A stretch of 64,000 nucleotides of DNA from Bacteroidales bacterium (GCA_027064095.1 JAMOQI010000032.1:25316-89315); one strand, 5' to 3'; counted from the first letter of the stretch, positions 1 through 9,687 are shown. Program-made: numbers and translations. The notes: generated from the letters alone by a model not told the origin.

Positions 1-430
1 TAACAGTAAGAGGATTATAAACCAGCTTTCTTTTATTTTCTTTTATTGTTGTAAAAAAAGGGAAATACACAGGAGGTTGAACTATTACTTTATCTCCAGG
101 ATTTGTAAATGCTGTCATCGCCATCATCAAACCTGATACAACACCTGGGCTAAAAGTAAGTTGAGCAGAATCAACATCCCAATCATATCTGGTTTTTAAC
201 CAATATTTTATAGCATTATTATATGATTCAGGGCGGAAATTATATCCTAAAATTGGGTGTTTTATTCTTTTTTCCATTGCATTAAGAATAAAAGGAGGAG
301 TATTGAAATCCATATCTGCTACCCACATAGGAATTAAATCATCTGTCCCGAAAACCTCTTTTATTAAATCATATTTTACTGAATTAGTATTTTTTCTATC
401 AACGATATTATCGAAATTATATTTAATCAT
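1..430 (-). CDS. PLP-dependent C-S lyase / class I-II aminotransferase (MalY/PatB type), N-terminal part; gene runs off the window start
   Basis: Not in the ORF track because no stop lies in the window. Manual reverse translation from ATG at 430-428 gives MIKYNFDNIVDRKNTNSVKYDLIKEVFGTDDLIPMWVADMDFNTPPFILNAMEKRIKHPILGYNFRPESYNNAIKYW...VIVQPPVYFPFF. The DRxxTNSxKY and WVADMDF blocks are typical of MalY/PatB-like enzymes. Confidence 0.7.
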   Translation of the reverse strand, partial: MIKYNFDNIVDRKNTNSVKYDLIKEVFGTDDLIPMWVADMDFNTPPFILNAMEKRIKHPILGYNFRPESYNNAIKYWLKTRYDWDVDSAQLTFSPGVVSGLMMAMTAFTNPGDKVIVQPPVYFPFFTTIKENKRKLVYNPLTV

Positions 431-441
431 ATTTTACCATT

Positions 442-1980
442 TTAACTACCCCATTCATCTCTGTCTAAACTCCTATATTGTATTGCTTCAGAAAGATGGT
501 CGTTATTAATATTACTTGATGCATCGAGATCTGCAATAGTTCTCGATACTTTAAGTATCCTATCATAAGCTCTTGCCGATAAGCCAAGTTTTTCCATTGC
601 CATCTTCAATAATTCTTGACCTTCATCATCAATAACACAATGTTCACGAAGTAATTTAGGACTCATTTGAGCATTAGCATAAACACCTTCTACATCTTTA
701 AACCTTTCTTCTTGAATTTTTCTTGCTGCTATAACTCTTTTTCTAACTTCACTACTTTTCTCAGATTTACGAATCTTAGACAATTCTCTAAAAGGTACCG
801 GTGTCACCTCCACATGTAAGTCAATTCTATCTAATAAAGGTCCCGAAATTTTATTCAAATACTTCTGTACAACTCCCGGACCACAAACACAAGCTTTCTC
901 AGGATGATTATAATATCCACATGGACAAGGGTTCATGCTTGCAATTAACATAAAGCTAGCAGGATATTCAACAGTAAATTTAGCTCTTGAAATAGTAATT
1001 GACCTATTTTCCATTGGCTGCCTCATTACTTCCAAAACAGTTCTTTTAAATTCTGGTAATTCATCTAAAAACAGTACTCCATGATGAGCTAAAGAAATTT
1101 CGCCAGGCTGCGGATAAGTACCCCCTCCTACTAATGCTACATCACTAATAGTATGATGCGGGGAACGAAATGGCCGTACAGATATCAATGAATCGTTGGG
1201 CGACATAAGGCCTGCAACAGAATGAATTTTGGTTGTTTCAAGAGCTTCATAAAGATTTAATGGTGGCAATATAGAAGGTAACCGTTTTGCCAACATCGTT
1301 TTCCCTGAGCCGGGAGGTCCAATCATAATTGCATTATGACCACCGGCAGCAGTAATTTCTAAAGCTCTTTTTATATTTTCTTGTCCCTTTACATCCTCAA
1401 AATCAAATTCGTAATTGTCAAGACGGTTAAAAAACTCATCTCTAGTGTCAATAGCAAACTTTTCAAGATATTCTCCTTCATCGAAAAACTTAACAACTTC
1501 TTCTAAATTTTCAGCTCCGTAAACATCAAGATTATTAACAATAGCAGCTTCATTGGCATTTTCTTTTGGTAAAATAATTCCTTTAAAACCTTTCTCTCTC
1601 GCTTCTATAGCTATTGGCAATGCACCCTTTATCCTTTTAAGGCTTCCATCAAGACTCAATTCTCCCATAATAATATAATCAGAGAATTTATCAGAATTCA
1701 CCTGTGTAGAAGCGCCTAATATTCCAAGTGCAATTGGTAAATCATAAGCAGAACCTTCTTTTCTAATATCAGCAGGAGCCATATTAATAACTATTTTCCT
1801 TCCAGGCATTTTATAATTATTATTTATTAAAGCGGTATGTATCCTCTGCTGACTTTCTTTCACAGCATTATCAGGTAAGCCTACCATATGCATATTTATA
1901 CCCTTGCTTATGTTTACTTCAATAGTAATGGTAATAGCATCAATTCCGTGTAAAGCTGCACCATAAGTTTTAACTAACAT
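442..1980 (-). CDS. comM: YifB/ComM family Mg-chelatase-like AAA+ ATPase
   Basis: 512 aa. N-terminal Lon-protease-like domain, Walker A GPPGSGKTMLAKRL, full-length resemblance to the ComM/YifB family. Confidence 0.9.
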   Translation of the reverse strand: MLVKTYGAALHGIDAITITIEVNISKGINMHMVGLPDNAVKESQQRIHTALINNNYKMPGRKIVINMAPADIRKEGSAYDLPIALGILGASTQVNSDKFSDYIIMGELSLDGSLKRIKGALPIAIEAREKGFKGIILPKENANEAAIVNNLDVYGAENLEEVVKFFDEGEYLEKFAIDTRDEFFNRLDNYEFDFEDVKGQENIKRALEITAAGGHNAIMIGPPGSGKTMLAKRLPSILPPLNLYEALETTKIHSVAGLMSPNDSLISVRPFRSPHHTISDVALVGGGTYPQPGEISLAHHGVLFLDELPEFKRTVLEVMRQPMENRSITISRAKFTVEYPASFMLIASMNPCPCGYYNHPEKACVCGPGVVQKYLNKISGPLLDRIDLHVEVTPVPFRELSKIRKSEKSSEVRKRVIAARKIQEERFKDVEGVYANAQMSPKLLREHCVIDDEGQELLKMAMEKLGLSARAYDRILKVSRTIADLDASSNINNDHLSEAIQYRSLDRDEWGS

Positions 1981-2011
1981 CTAATTTTTTATTTTATTTA
2001 TTATTTGCGTT

Positions 2012-2019
2012 CAAAGTTA
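2012..2019 (-). promoter_or_regulatory. Bacteroidota-type -7 promoter box (TAACTTTG on - strand) upstream of comM
   Basis: Matches the TAnnTTTG consensus, 32 nt upstream of the comM ATG. Confidence 0.4.
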
Positions 2020-2173
2020 ATAATAAAAAATGAAAATAATTTCATCAATTAATATTTATTTAAAAATTCCTTTATAATACAGGTATATTCTGATTGCACT
2101 TTGGAAAGCAAATAACATTAAGAAAAGACTTAAATTTTGGTAAAAAACATTTTTAGAACAATACAATCTATCA

Positions 2174-2206
2174 ATAAAAAAGGCTATCTCAAAAAAGACA
2201 GCCTTA
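2174..2206 (-). terminator. Rho-independent terminator after the glmS-upxY-ppi-DUF3127 gene string
   Basis: The - strand reads AAGGCTGTC-TTTTTTGA-GATAGCCTT followed by TTTTATT: a 9-bp stem with one G-U pair. Confidence 0.6.
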
Positions 2207-2229
2207 TAATTTCCAATTACCACACAAAA

Positions 2230-2589
2230 TTAGAATGGTAAATCATCAGTAGGTTCTGGGGGTGGAGGCAATTCACTTCCAGAAGGTAAAGGAGGATTTT
2301 CAGAAGATGATGCTCCAGCCTTACCTTCTATTTTCCATGCTTTAACATTGGTGTACCAGCGTCCATTATATTCTCTTGATTCTATATCAAAGCTAACACT
2401 TAGCTCACTTCCAATAGCAAACGAGTTTAAAGAATCGGCTCTATCACCCCATGCATCTATGCAAACTTTTTTAGGATATTGTTCATCTAAAGTCTCAATA
2501 ACAAAAGATTTTTTTCTCCATTCATTACCATTTTTTCCTTGCCCTGTTTGCTCAGGCAATAATTCAATAAGTTTTCCTGATATTTCCAT
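2230..2589 (-). CDS. DUF3127 family protein with a Pro/Gly-rich linker and an SSB-like acidic C-terminal tip (DDLPF)
   Basis: 119 aa. The N-terminal ~85 aa ([33 protein letters not shown]...) resembles DUF3127. The tail is ENPPLPSGSELPPPPEPTDDLPF. Confidence 0.65.
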   Translation of the reverse strand: MEISGKLIELLPEQTGQGKNGNEWRKKSFVIETLDEQYPKKVCIDAWGDRADSLNSFAIGSELSVSFDIESREYNGRWYTNVKAWKIEGKAGASSSENPPLPSGSELPPPPEPTDDLPF

Positions 2590-3026
2590 TATTCTTCTAT
2601 AATTACAATTTTCTCTATTTTATCTCCAGCTCGTATATCATCTATAACCTCTAATCCTTCATATACTTTACCAAAACAAGTATGATGACGATCTAAGTGA
2701 GCTGTATTTTCTCTACTATGACAAATAAAGAACTGAGAACCTCCTGTATCACGTCCGGCATGAGCCATTGATAAAACACCTCTATCATGATACTGATTAT
2801 TTCCATCTAATTCGCACTTAATAGTATATCCGGGACCACCGGCTCCTGTACCATCAGGACAACCACCCTGAATTACAAAATTAGGTATAACTCTATGAAA
2901 AGTTAAACCATCGTAAAAACCCTCTTTTGAAAGTTTAATAAAATTTGCCACCGTTCCCGGAGCATCTTCTTCGTAGAAATTAACCTTCATAAGGCCTTTT
3001 TCTGTGTAAATTTCTGCTTGTTTCAT
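2589..3026 (-). CDS. ppiB: Peptidyl-prolyl cis-trans isomerase, cyclophilin type
   Basis: 145 aa with the [24 protein letters not shown] cyclophilin signature. Confidence 0.9.
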   Translation of the reverse strand: MKQAEIYTEKGLMKVNFYEEDAPGTVANFIKLSKEGFYDGLTFHRVIPNFVIQGGCPDGTGAGGPGYTIKCELDGNNQYHDRGVLSMAHAGRDTGGSQFFICHSRENTAHLDRHHTCFGKVYEGLEVIDDIRAGDKIEKIVIIEE

Positions 3027-3036
3027 TGTATTAAAT

Positions 3037-3570
3037 TTATAGTACTATTTCTAATGTAAAATCTGTTGATTCTATGGCTACTAAAAACCTTTTCTTTCCT
3101 CTTAATTGTTTGACTATTCCTTTATATCCTTTAAAGGTTCCTGAAGTAATATTTACTCTATCTCCTAACTTAACTTTCCTATTACTAATCTGGAATTCAG
3201 TTTTATTAAGAATTAATTTTCTAATTAAGTCAATATCTTTTTGTCGTATTATTGCCGGTTTACCCGAAAATCGAACATAAGTAACAACACCCGGTGTTTG
3301 AATTACATCATAAATTTCATGATACTGAATAAGAACAAAAATATAAGATTTAAAGATTGGCTCTTCTAGTTTTTTTATCCTATCTGAATATTTTCTATGA
3401 ACAGTATTCATAGGCAGATAACAAACAAAACCATCTCTTTCTAGTAATTCTTTAACTTTTCTCTCATGCTTTCCCTTAACGTAAAAAACATGCCAATTAT
3501 AATTTTTATCTTTTTCCCGAATTTCTAATTTAGAACTTTCAGAATTTACCTCTTGTCCTTCAACTAGCAT
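3037..3570 (-). CDS. UpxY-family (NusG-like) transcription antiterminator
   Basis: 177 aa. NGN-like N-terminus ([29 protein letters not shown]) and a KOW motif ([18 protein letters not shown]). Confidence 0.75.
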   Translation of the reverse strand: MLVEGQEVNSESSKLEIREKDKNYNWHVFYVKGKHERKVKELLERDGFVCYLPMNTVHRKYSDRIKKLEEPIFKSYIFVLIQYHEIYDVIQTPGVVTYVRFSGKPAIIRQKDIDLIRKLILNKTEFQISNRKVKLGDRVNITSGTFKGYKGIVKQLRGKKRFLVAIESTDFTLEIVL

Positions 3571-3573
3571 AAA

Positions 3574-5412
3574 TTATTCTACAGTTACAGATTTAGCTAA
3601 ATTTCGTGGTTGATCGACATTGCAATCACGCATTACTGCGATATAATAACTAAATAATTGAAGAGGTATCGTTGCAACTAAAGGTACTAATAATTCTTCC
3701 ACTTCTGGAATTTCTATAACATGGTCAGCCATGTTTCTTACTTCAGTATCTCCTTTAGTCACAATAGCAATTACCTTTCCTTTTCGAGCTTTCACTTCTT
3801 GTATATTACTTACCAATTTATCGTAATGCCCCTTTTTGGGTGCAATAACAATCACCGGCATTTGCTCATCAATCAAAGCAATAGGACCATGCTTCATTTC
3901 AGCAGCTGGATACCCTTCGGCATGAATATATGATATCTCCTTTAGCTTCAACGCACCTTCCAAGGCAACAGGGAAATTATACCCACGACCTAAATAGAGA
4001 GCATTCTTTGAATCTTTATATAACAAAGCTACTTCTTTTACAAAATCGTTAGTCTTAAGTACTTCTTCTATTTGATTTGGTATAGCATCTAATGCATTAA
4101 GTAATTGCTGATGTCTAGAATTAGTAATGCTTCCTTTTTCATGAGCAATCATAAGCGCCATCATTGTTAGCAATGTAACCTGAGATGTAAATGCTTTAGT
4201 AGAAGCAACACCAATTTCTGGTCCGGCATGAGTATAAGAACCAGCATGAGTTTCTCGTGGAATACTTGAACCCACAACATTACAAATTCCTAAAATAGTG
4301 GCACCTTTTTCCTTGGCCATCTTTATAGCAGCAAGAGTATCAGCTGTTTCACCAGATTGTGAAATTGCAATTACCACATCATCCTCTGTAATAATAGGAT
4401 TACGATATCTAAACTCAGAAGCATACTCAACCTCAACAGGAATCCGCGTTAATTCCTCAAATAAATATTCTCCTACTAATCCGGCATGCCATGATGTACC
4501 ACACGCAATCATAAGAATACGTTTAGCATTCATCAACTTATTCTTATACTCGGTAATTCCTCCCAAATTAACAATTCCTTGTCCAAGACGAAGCCTTCCT
4601 CGCATTGTTTCTCGAATTGAAATTGGTTGTTCAAAGATTTCTTTTAGCATAAAATGCTCATATCCTCCTTTTTCAAGAGCATCAAGACTCATTGTAAGCT
4701 CTTGAAAGTATGGAGTATGAATAATATTCTTTACACTTTTAAGTATAATATCCTTTCCCTTTTCCAAAATTGCCATCTCTCCATCTTCCATATAGATAAC
4801 TTTCCGAGTATATTCTACTATTGGAGTAGCATCAGAAGCAACATAAAAATCATTATCCCCGATACCAATAACCATAGGACTACCATTTTTTGCTACTATA
4901 AGTTTATTTGATTCATCTTTTGAAATAACAGCAATAGCATAAGCTCCAACAACCTGATTTAAAGCAACACGAACAGATTCTGCCAAGTCTAACTTTTCAT
5001 TATCTTGTATATCTTCAATAAGGTGAATTAATACTTCAGTATCTGTTTCGCTTAAAAATTTGTGCCCTCTACTTATTAATTCTTCCTTTAAACTAACATA
5101 ATTCTCAATAATTCCATTATGAATAATTGCTAAATCTTGGTTTTGAGAAAAGTGAGGATGAGCATTTTCATCATTAGGCTGACCATGTGTAGCCCATCGG
5201 GTGTGAGCTATACCGATGGTTCCGTTAATATCTTTATTTTCTACAAAGTCCTCAAGTTGATTCACTTTTCCTTTACGTTTGTATAAATTCAATTTACCAT
5301 TTAATATGGCTACACCAGAGCTATCATAACCTCGATATTCCAGTCTATGAAGTCCTTTAATAAGTATTGGATAAGCTTGCTTATCCCCTACATAAGCTAC
5401 AATTCCACACAT
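3574..5412 (-). CDS. glmS: Glutamine--fructose-6-phosphate aminotransferase (isomerising)
   Basis: 612 aa. N-terminal MCGIVAYVG Cys nucleophile, two SIS domains, C-terminal ...SVTVE. Confidence 0.97.
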   Translation of the reverse strand: MCGIVAYVGDKQAYPILIKGLHRLEYRGYDSSGVAILNGKLNLYKRKGKVNQLEDFVENKDINGTIGIAHTRWATHGQPNDENAHPHFSQNQDLAIIHNGIIENYVSLKEELISRGHKFLSETDTEVLIHLIEDIQDNEKLDLAESVRVALNQVVGAYAIAVISKDESNKLIVAKNGSPMVIGIGDNDFYVASDATPIVEYTRKVIYMEDGEMAILEKGKDIILKSVKNIIHTPYFQELTMSLDALEKGGYEHFMLKEIFEQPISIRETMRGRLRLGQGIVNLGGITEYKNKLMNAKRILMIACGTSWHAGLVGEYLFEELTRIPVEVEYASEFRYRNPIITEDDVVIAISQSGETADTLAAIKMAKEKGATILGICNVVGSSIPRETHAGSYTHAGPEIGVASTKAFTSQVTLLTMMALMIAHEKGSITNSRHQQLLNALDAIPNQIEEVLKTNDFVKEVALLYKDSKNALYLGRGYNFPVALEGALKLKEISYIHAEGYPAAEMKHGPIALIDEQMPVIVIAPKKGHYDKLVSNIQEVKARKGKVIAIVTKGDTEVRNMADHVIEIPEVEELLVPLVATIPLQLFSYYIAVMRDCNVDQPRNLAKSVTVE

Positions 5413-5445
5413 AGTTAATTAATTTTATTAGTGATTTATTAATTT

Positions 5446-6789
5446 TTATGGTATTACATCAGTATAATAAAGCCTTAGTTTTGTATTATCGGATGTTGTT
5501 TTGTTTCCATTTAATATTAATCTATTAGCAATAACAGACTCTCCTGCAATTATTAATCTAAGTCCATAAATCTCTTTTGATTCCAAGAGTAATTGCTGAA
5601 TAGTATGAGTAATATTAAAGACATATTGATTACCACTTTCTTTATAAGCACCACCATAAAATCCGGCACCCTCTAAATAATCTGTTAAGAAAATATTATT
5701 TCCTTTGCTATCTATTCCTACTACACTAATCTTATATGGAGCTGGATAAGATAAAGTATCACTCTTATCAGAAACTTGCACTATCAATTCAGCCTTATGT
5801 ATAGCTAACTGATTTTCTTTCTTCAAATTATCAATAAAAGGGAAATCTAAATAGGTTCTGACTCCAGCCATAGATTGTAGATAAAGCTCAGTCATTCCTA
5901 ATGTGGTATCATTATTTATTACTTGATTTATAAAATCTTGGTTTGCATCCTGATAATCAAAATGATTAAAATTATTGAAGTAAGCACAATTTTGATTTAT
6001 TAGAAAATGTTCATAAAGGCTATCTTCATCATCATTGTGATAATAAAGTGTTAATCGGCTATAATTCGATAATAAATCAACATACGCAAAACCTCCACCA
6101 TTGAGTATCTTATCAGTAGTAATATATAATCCTTTTAAATATTTCAAAAACTCTTCATTATTACTCAACTCTGATTGACCAGATAAGCTAACAATTTCGT
6201 CGCCAAAACTTTTATTCAAAGGAATACGTAAATGTGGTTTTGCTTTACCTCCTAAAATAAAAACAGAATCTGTTAAATTAAAAACTATATCATCATCGAA
6301 AAGAGGAGTAGCTTGATAAGCTACTGTATAATTGGAATAATAGCTTGTATCAAAATACATATCTTCATCCAAACGATACACTTTAAGTCGCTGAACAGCA
6401 TTGGTATCACCATAGAAACCAACATAATCAATACCCAAAATAATTGAATCGCAAACTGGATTTGTTCCAAAGTCTAAATCATTATTTGCCAATCGCAATT
6501 GTGTATACAAACTAGCTACTGATGATCCGAAATAAGGGTCGTTAATACTTCCTAATACCTGACTCTTAGTACCTGTTGTTGGTACTGAATCTATAATGTA
6601 GCTATGTGTTTGAATGGTAACAGTATCGGTAAAATGCACATTCAATTCTTCGCCGGGAAGAGCAACAACATTTTGTCCAATATCTTCGGGTTTTTCACAG
6701 CTATACAATACAACTGCTGACAATAATATCATCAGCAGTCCTCTAAAATTATGTTTCAATTTCAAATTAACCTTCAAGTAATTCATCAT
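5446..6789 (-). CDS. DUF4270-like lipoprotein
   Basis: The ORF track starts at 6864, inside the upstream gene. I trimmed it to ATG 6789, giving MMNYLKVNLKLKHNFRGLLMILLSAVVLYSC (signal peptide plus lipobox Cys). The position after the short glycogen-synthase-like gene, divergent from panC, is a gene order I recall as conserved in Bacteroidota. Confidence 0.6.
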   Translation of the reverse strand: MMNYLKVNLKLKHNFRGLLMILLSAVVLYSCEKPEDIGQNVVALPGEELNVHFTDTVTIQTHSYIIDSVPTTGTKSQVLGSINDPYFGSSVASLYTQLRLANNDLDFGTNPVCDSIILGIDYVGFYGDTNAVQRLKVYRLDEDMYFDTSYYSNYTVAYQATPLFDDDIVFNLTDSVFILGGKAKPHLRIPLNKSFGDEIVSLSGQSELSNNEEFLKYLKGLYITTDKILNGGGFAYVDLLSNYSRLTLYYHNDDEDSLYEHFLINQNCAYFNNFNHFDYQDANQDFINQVINNDTTLGMTELYLQSMAGVRTYLDFPFIDNLKKENQLAIHKAELIVQVSDKSDTLSYPAPYKISVVGIDSKGNNIFLTDYLEGAGFYGGAYKESGNQYVFNITHTIQQLLLESKEIYGLRLIIAGESVIANRLILNGNKTTSDNTKLRLYYTDVIP

Positions 6790-7576
6790 AAAATTCATTA
6801 TATGTTTTAGCGCAATCGTCACCTTCAACATATGGTAATATTCTTTTACCGCTGGCCTTAGCATATTCTTCTACTTCAGAAGGAATTTCTTTTTCACCAA
6901 AAATAAGCACATCAGACATATCGATTGCACTTTTCATCATGCCAACGTATGTTTTTTCATTATAGTGTAATGTTTCTTCACTATTTAGACCTTCATGCAC
7001 TAATTTATCCACAAATTTAGAGTCTAATTTATCATCAAAGCCATCATTATATAATGAAAGAACAATTTTAGATTCATTAAAAAGGGGATTATCTTGGAAA
7101 ATCTTTCTTAAATACATAGGTACTAAACTGCCAAACCAACCATGTACATGAATAATATCAGGCGCCCATCCTAATTTTTTTACTGTTTCTATAACTCCTC
7201 GTGCATAAAAAATAGCTCTTTCATCATTATCTTTAAAAAACTTATTTGTTTTTGAATGAAATATAAACTTACGATGAAAATAATCTTCGTTATCAATAAA
7301 GTAAACCTGCATTCTTGCAGATTGTATTGAAGCAACTTTAATAATCAATGGATGATCCATATCATTGATTATAAGATTCATACCAGACAACCTAATTACT
7401 TCATGAAGCTGATGTCTTCGTTCATTAATAACGCCAAAACGTGGCATAAATGTTCGTATTTCCTTTTTACTTTCTTGGGTAAATTGTGGCAATTTGCGCC
7501 CTATCAATCCCATGTGTGATTCAGGTAAATAGGGTGTAATTTCTTGAGCTACGTAAAGAATTTTTGGCTTGTCCAT
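6767..7576 (-). CDS. Short glycogen/starch-synthase-like protein (GT5 N-terminal domain type)
   Basis: 269 aa. MDKPKILYVAQEITPYLPE..., HVHGWF block. Confidence 0.7.
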   Translation of the reverse strand: MDKPKILYVAQEITPYLPESHMGLIGRKLPQFTQESKKEIRTFMPRFGVINERRHQLHEVIRLSGMNLIINDMDHPLIIKVASIQSARMQVYFIDNEDYFHRKFIFHSKTNKFFKDNDERAIFYARGVIETVKKLGWAPDIIHVHGWFGSLVPMYLRKIFQDNPLFNESKIVLSLYNDGFDDKLDSKFVDKLVHEGLNSEETLHYNEKTYVGMMKSAIDMSDVLIFGEKEIPSEVEEYAKASGKRILPYVEGDDCAKTYNEFYDELLEG

Positions 7577-7608
7577 GAAGTGTATTATTTATCTATATTT
7601 TAATACTG

Positions 7609-7616
7609 CAAAAGTA
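7609..7616 (-). promoter_or_regulatory. -7 promoter box (TACTTTTG on - strand) for the glycogen-synthase-like operon
   Basis: TAnnTTTG match 33 nt upstream of ATG 7576. Confidence 0.45.
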
Positions 7617-7680
7617 CTAAAAATTTATAGTTTTAACAAATTATTCATATTCCAATATTTTGAGGTGTTAATTAAGTCAA

Positions 7681-7688
7681 TACCTTTG
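7681..7688 (+). promoter_or_regulatory. -7 promoter box (TACCTTTG) for panC
   Basis: TAnnTTTG match 38 nt upstream of ATG 7726. Confidence 0.5.
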
Positions 7689-7725
7689 CCTCACGTTTTT
7701 ATTTAAATGTTTTTAAAATAATACT

Positions 7726-8571
7726 ATGAAAATAGCTAAAAGTAAAAAAGAATTAATAGCTTTTATTGAGAATGACCGAATTAATAGTAAAAAAATTGGC
7801 TTTGTGCCAACAATGGGTGCTTTGCATAAAGGACATTTGACATTAGTGGAAAAATCAATTTTTGATAATGACATTACTGTGTGCTCAATTTTTGTTAATC
7901 CAACTCAGTTCAACAATCCTGAAGACCTTACGAAATATCCCCGACAACTACAAGATGACATTGCTTTATTAGAATCTGTAAATTGTGATTATCTTTTTGT
8001 ACCAGAAGTAAATGAAATGTATGCGAAAAATGAAAATCCTATAAATTTTAACTTTGGGAAACTGGAAATGGTAATGGAGGGCCCCAATAGGCCAGGCCAC
8101 TTTCAAGGTGTAGCTACAATAGTGAAGAAATTATTTGAAATAATAAATCCAGATAAAGCTTATTTTGGGGAAAAAGATTATCAGCAATTAATAATTATTA
8201 AATCTCTTACAAAACAATATAATCTAAGTCCTGAAATAATCGGTTGTGAGATAGTTAGAGAGGCTGATGGCCTTGCCATGAGCAGCAGAAACCAAAGGCT
8301 TAATGAAACTCAAAGATTTGAAGCTCCGTTTATTTATCAAACATTAAAAAAAGCAAAAACCAAAGTTAAAAAAATTACCGTTAAAGACCTCAAATTATGG
8401 GTAAAAGAAGTGATAAATAATAATCCTATAATGGAATTAGAATACTTTGAAATAGCAAATGCTGTTGATTTGCAACCGATAAATAATTGGAACGACTCTA
8501 TAAGTGTGATGGGATTTATTGTTGTTAATGTGGGTGGTGTAAGACTTATAGATAATATAAAATTAATTTAA
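7726..8571 (+). CDS. panC: Pantoate--beta-alanine ligase
   Basis: 281 aa. PTMGALHKGHLTLV HIGH-type motif, FGEKDYQQ, MSSRN. Confidence 0.95.
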   Translation: MKIAKSKKELIAFIENDRINSKKIGFVPTMGALHKGHLTLVEKSIFDNDITVCSIFVNPTQFNNPEDLTKYPRQLQDDIALLESVNCDYLFVPEVNEMYAKNENPINFNFGKLEMVMEGPNRPGHFQGVATIVKKLFEIINPDKAYFGEKDYQQLIIIKSLTKQYNLSPEIIGCEIVREADGLAMSSRNQRLNETQRFEAPFIYQTLKKAKTKVKKITVKDLKLWVKEVINNNPIMELEYFEIANAVDLQPINNWNDSISVMGFIVVNVGGVRLIDNIKLI

Positions 8572-8582
8572 AATTACGTAAC

Positions 8583-8748
8583 TACTCAGCAGCTATTGAA
8601 AATCATAACTAACTAAATTTTAATAAGTTTTGTCATGATTTTGGTGCTTCGCAAACCAAAATCCCGCCAAAACCACATTTTATTTAACATTTTACCCCTT
8701 GCTAAAGCATGGGACTATTGTAATCCACTTAATAAACCTGCTGAGTAA
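8583..8748. other. Structured intergenic element closed by a 10-bp long-range stem (possible sRNA, MITE or bidirectional terminator)
   Basis: TACTCAGCAG (8583-8592) pairs with CTGCTGAGTA (8739-8748). There is an internal hairpin GATTTTGGT-GCTTCGCAA-ACCAAAATC, and an alternative pairing of AAAATCAT with ATGATTTT. Confidence 0.35.
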
Positions 8749-8756
8749 TAAGAAAA

Positions 8757-9680
8757 TTACACCCACAGCAAGAGGCTGGTAGATAAACCAATTAACATTA
8801 CGGCCTTCATTCTTAAGCTAAGATTATGAAAATCTTCTTCATCTTTAGCTTTTCTAAGTTTTGGTATTAGGTAAATGTAAACTATAAGATGAATAATAAT
8901 GAAACTAAGTCGAAACATTATATTTTGTGATGAATAAATCTGGAAAAGGAAAATAAGTAAAGAAAAAACCACTAGCAAAATAGTTAAGCTTCTAATAAGC
9001 ACTTTGTGTGTTGCTAGCGCAGCCCAAGTTTTGCAATTGGAAGATAAGTCTGATTTTTTATCCTCTCTATCTTTTATTATCTCTCTAATAAGATTAGAAA
9101 TAAAGGCGAATAATGAGAAAAAGAAAATAGTAAAATGCATTTCTTTCAATGAATAATTAAACATAATACCATTATTCGAAACATCCATAATACTATAATA
9201 CCAAACCAAAGCAGGCACAAGAGCGGTTACTAATGACACTACAATATTTCCAAATAACTTCCTACATTTCCATCTGTACGAGTACATTAAAATCATGCCC
9301 AAAACTATAAATTGAAATATAGCATTTCCAAAAGCACCGATTAGCCAAGCAGCATAAACAGAAGATAATACCCCTAAAGAACTGCTAACAATAAATAAGA
9401 TATTCGCACTTTTAATGCTAATCAAACCACTTACAATTGGACGCTTAGTGATTTTATTATTAGAATCAGCCTCAACATCTCTTATATCATTAATTATGTT
9501 TCCGGCGGATGCAACAAACACACTTGAAAGTAATAAAATAATAAAGGTGTAATTATCAAGACGATAAACAAAGTTAGCCTCGTTTAAAAAATAATCCATA
9601 ATGACATACTTGATAATAATTTCTGTAATAATTATTGTCACTAAATTACGCCAACGGATTAATTTTAATAAAGCTATCAT
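8757..9680 (-). CDS. UbiA-family prenyltransferase (integral membrane)
   Basis: 307 aa, multi-pass hydrophobic, NIINDIRDVEAD (NxxxDxxxD) motif. Confidence 0.85.
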   Translation of the reverse strand: MIALLKLIRWRNLVTIIITEIIIKYVIMDYFLNEANFVYRLDNYTFIILLLSSVFVASAGNIINDIRDVEADSNNKITKRPIVSGLISIKSANILFIVSSSLGVLSSVYAAWLIGAFGNAIFQFIVLGMILMYSYRWKCRKLFGNIVVSLVTALVPALVWYYSIMDVSNNGIMFNYSLKEMHFTIFFFSLFAFISNLIREIIKDREDKKSDLSSNCKTWAALATHKVLIRSLTILLVVFSLLIFLFQIYSSQNIMFRLSFIIIHLIVYIYLIPKLRKAKDEEDFHNLSLRMKAVMLIGLSTSLLLWV

Positions 9681-9687
9681 CTACAAA

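Noticed and set aside
4298-4911. Antisense ORFs inside glmS, and similar ones inside comM, accC (53012-53414), the ALDH gene (55902-56207), pruA and the coiled-coil gene (17143-19949)
   Set aside because: Each lies fully within a strongly supported gene on the opposite strand, and their translations are low-complexity. These are typical shadow ORFs.
5446-6864. Long N-terminal extensions in the ORF track (5446-6864; TTG starts at 11012, 13543, 28032, 32766, 43567 and 20371)
   Set aside because: The extensions overlap upstream genes or precede obvious signal peptides or conserved N-termini. In-frame ATG codons give canonical starts, so I trimmed the coordinates.
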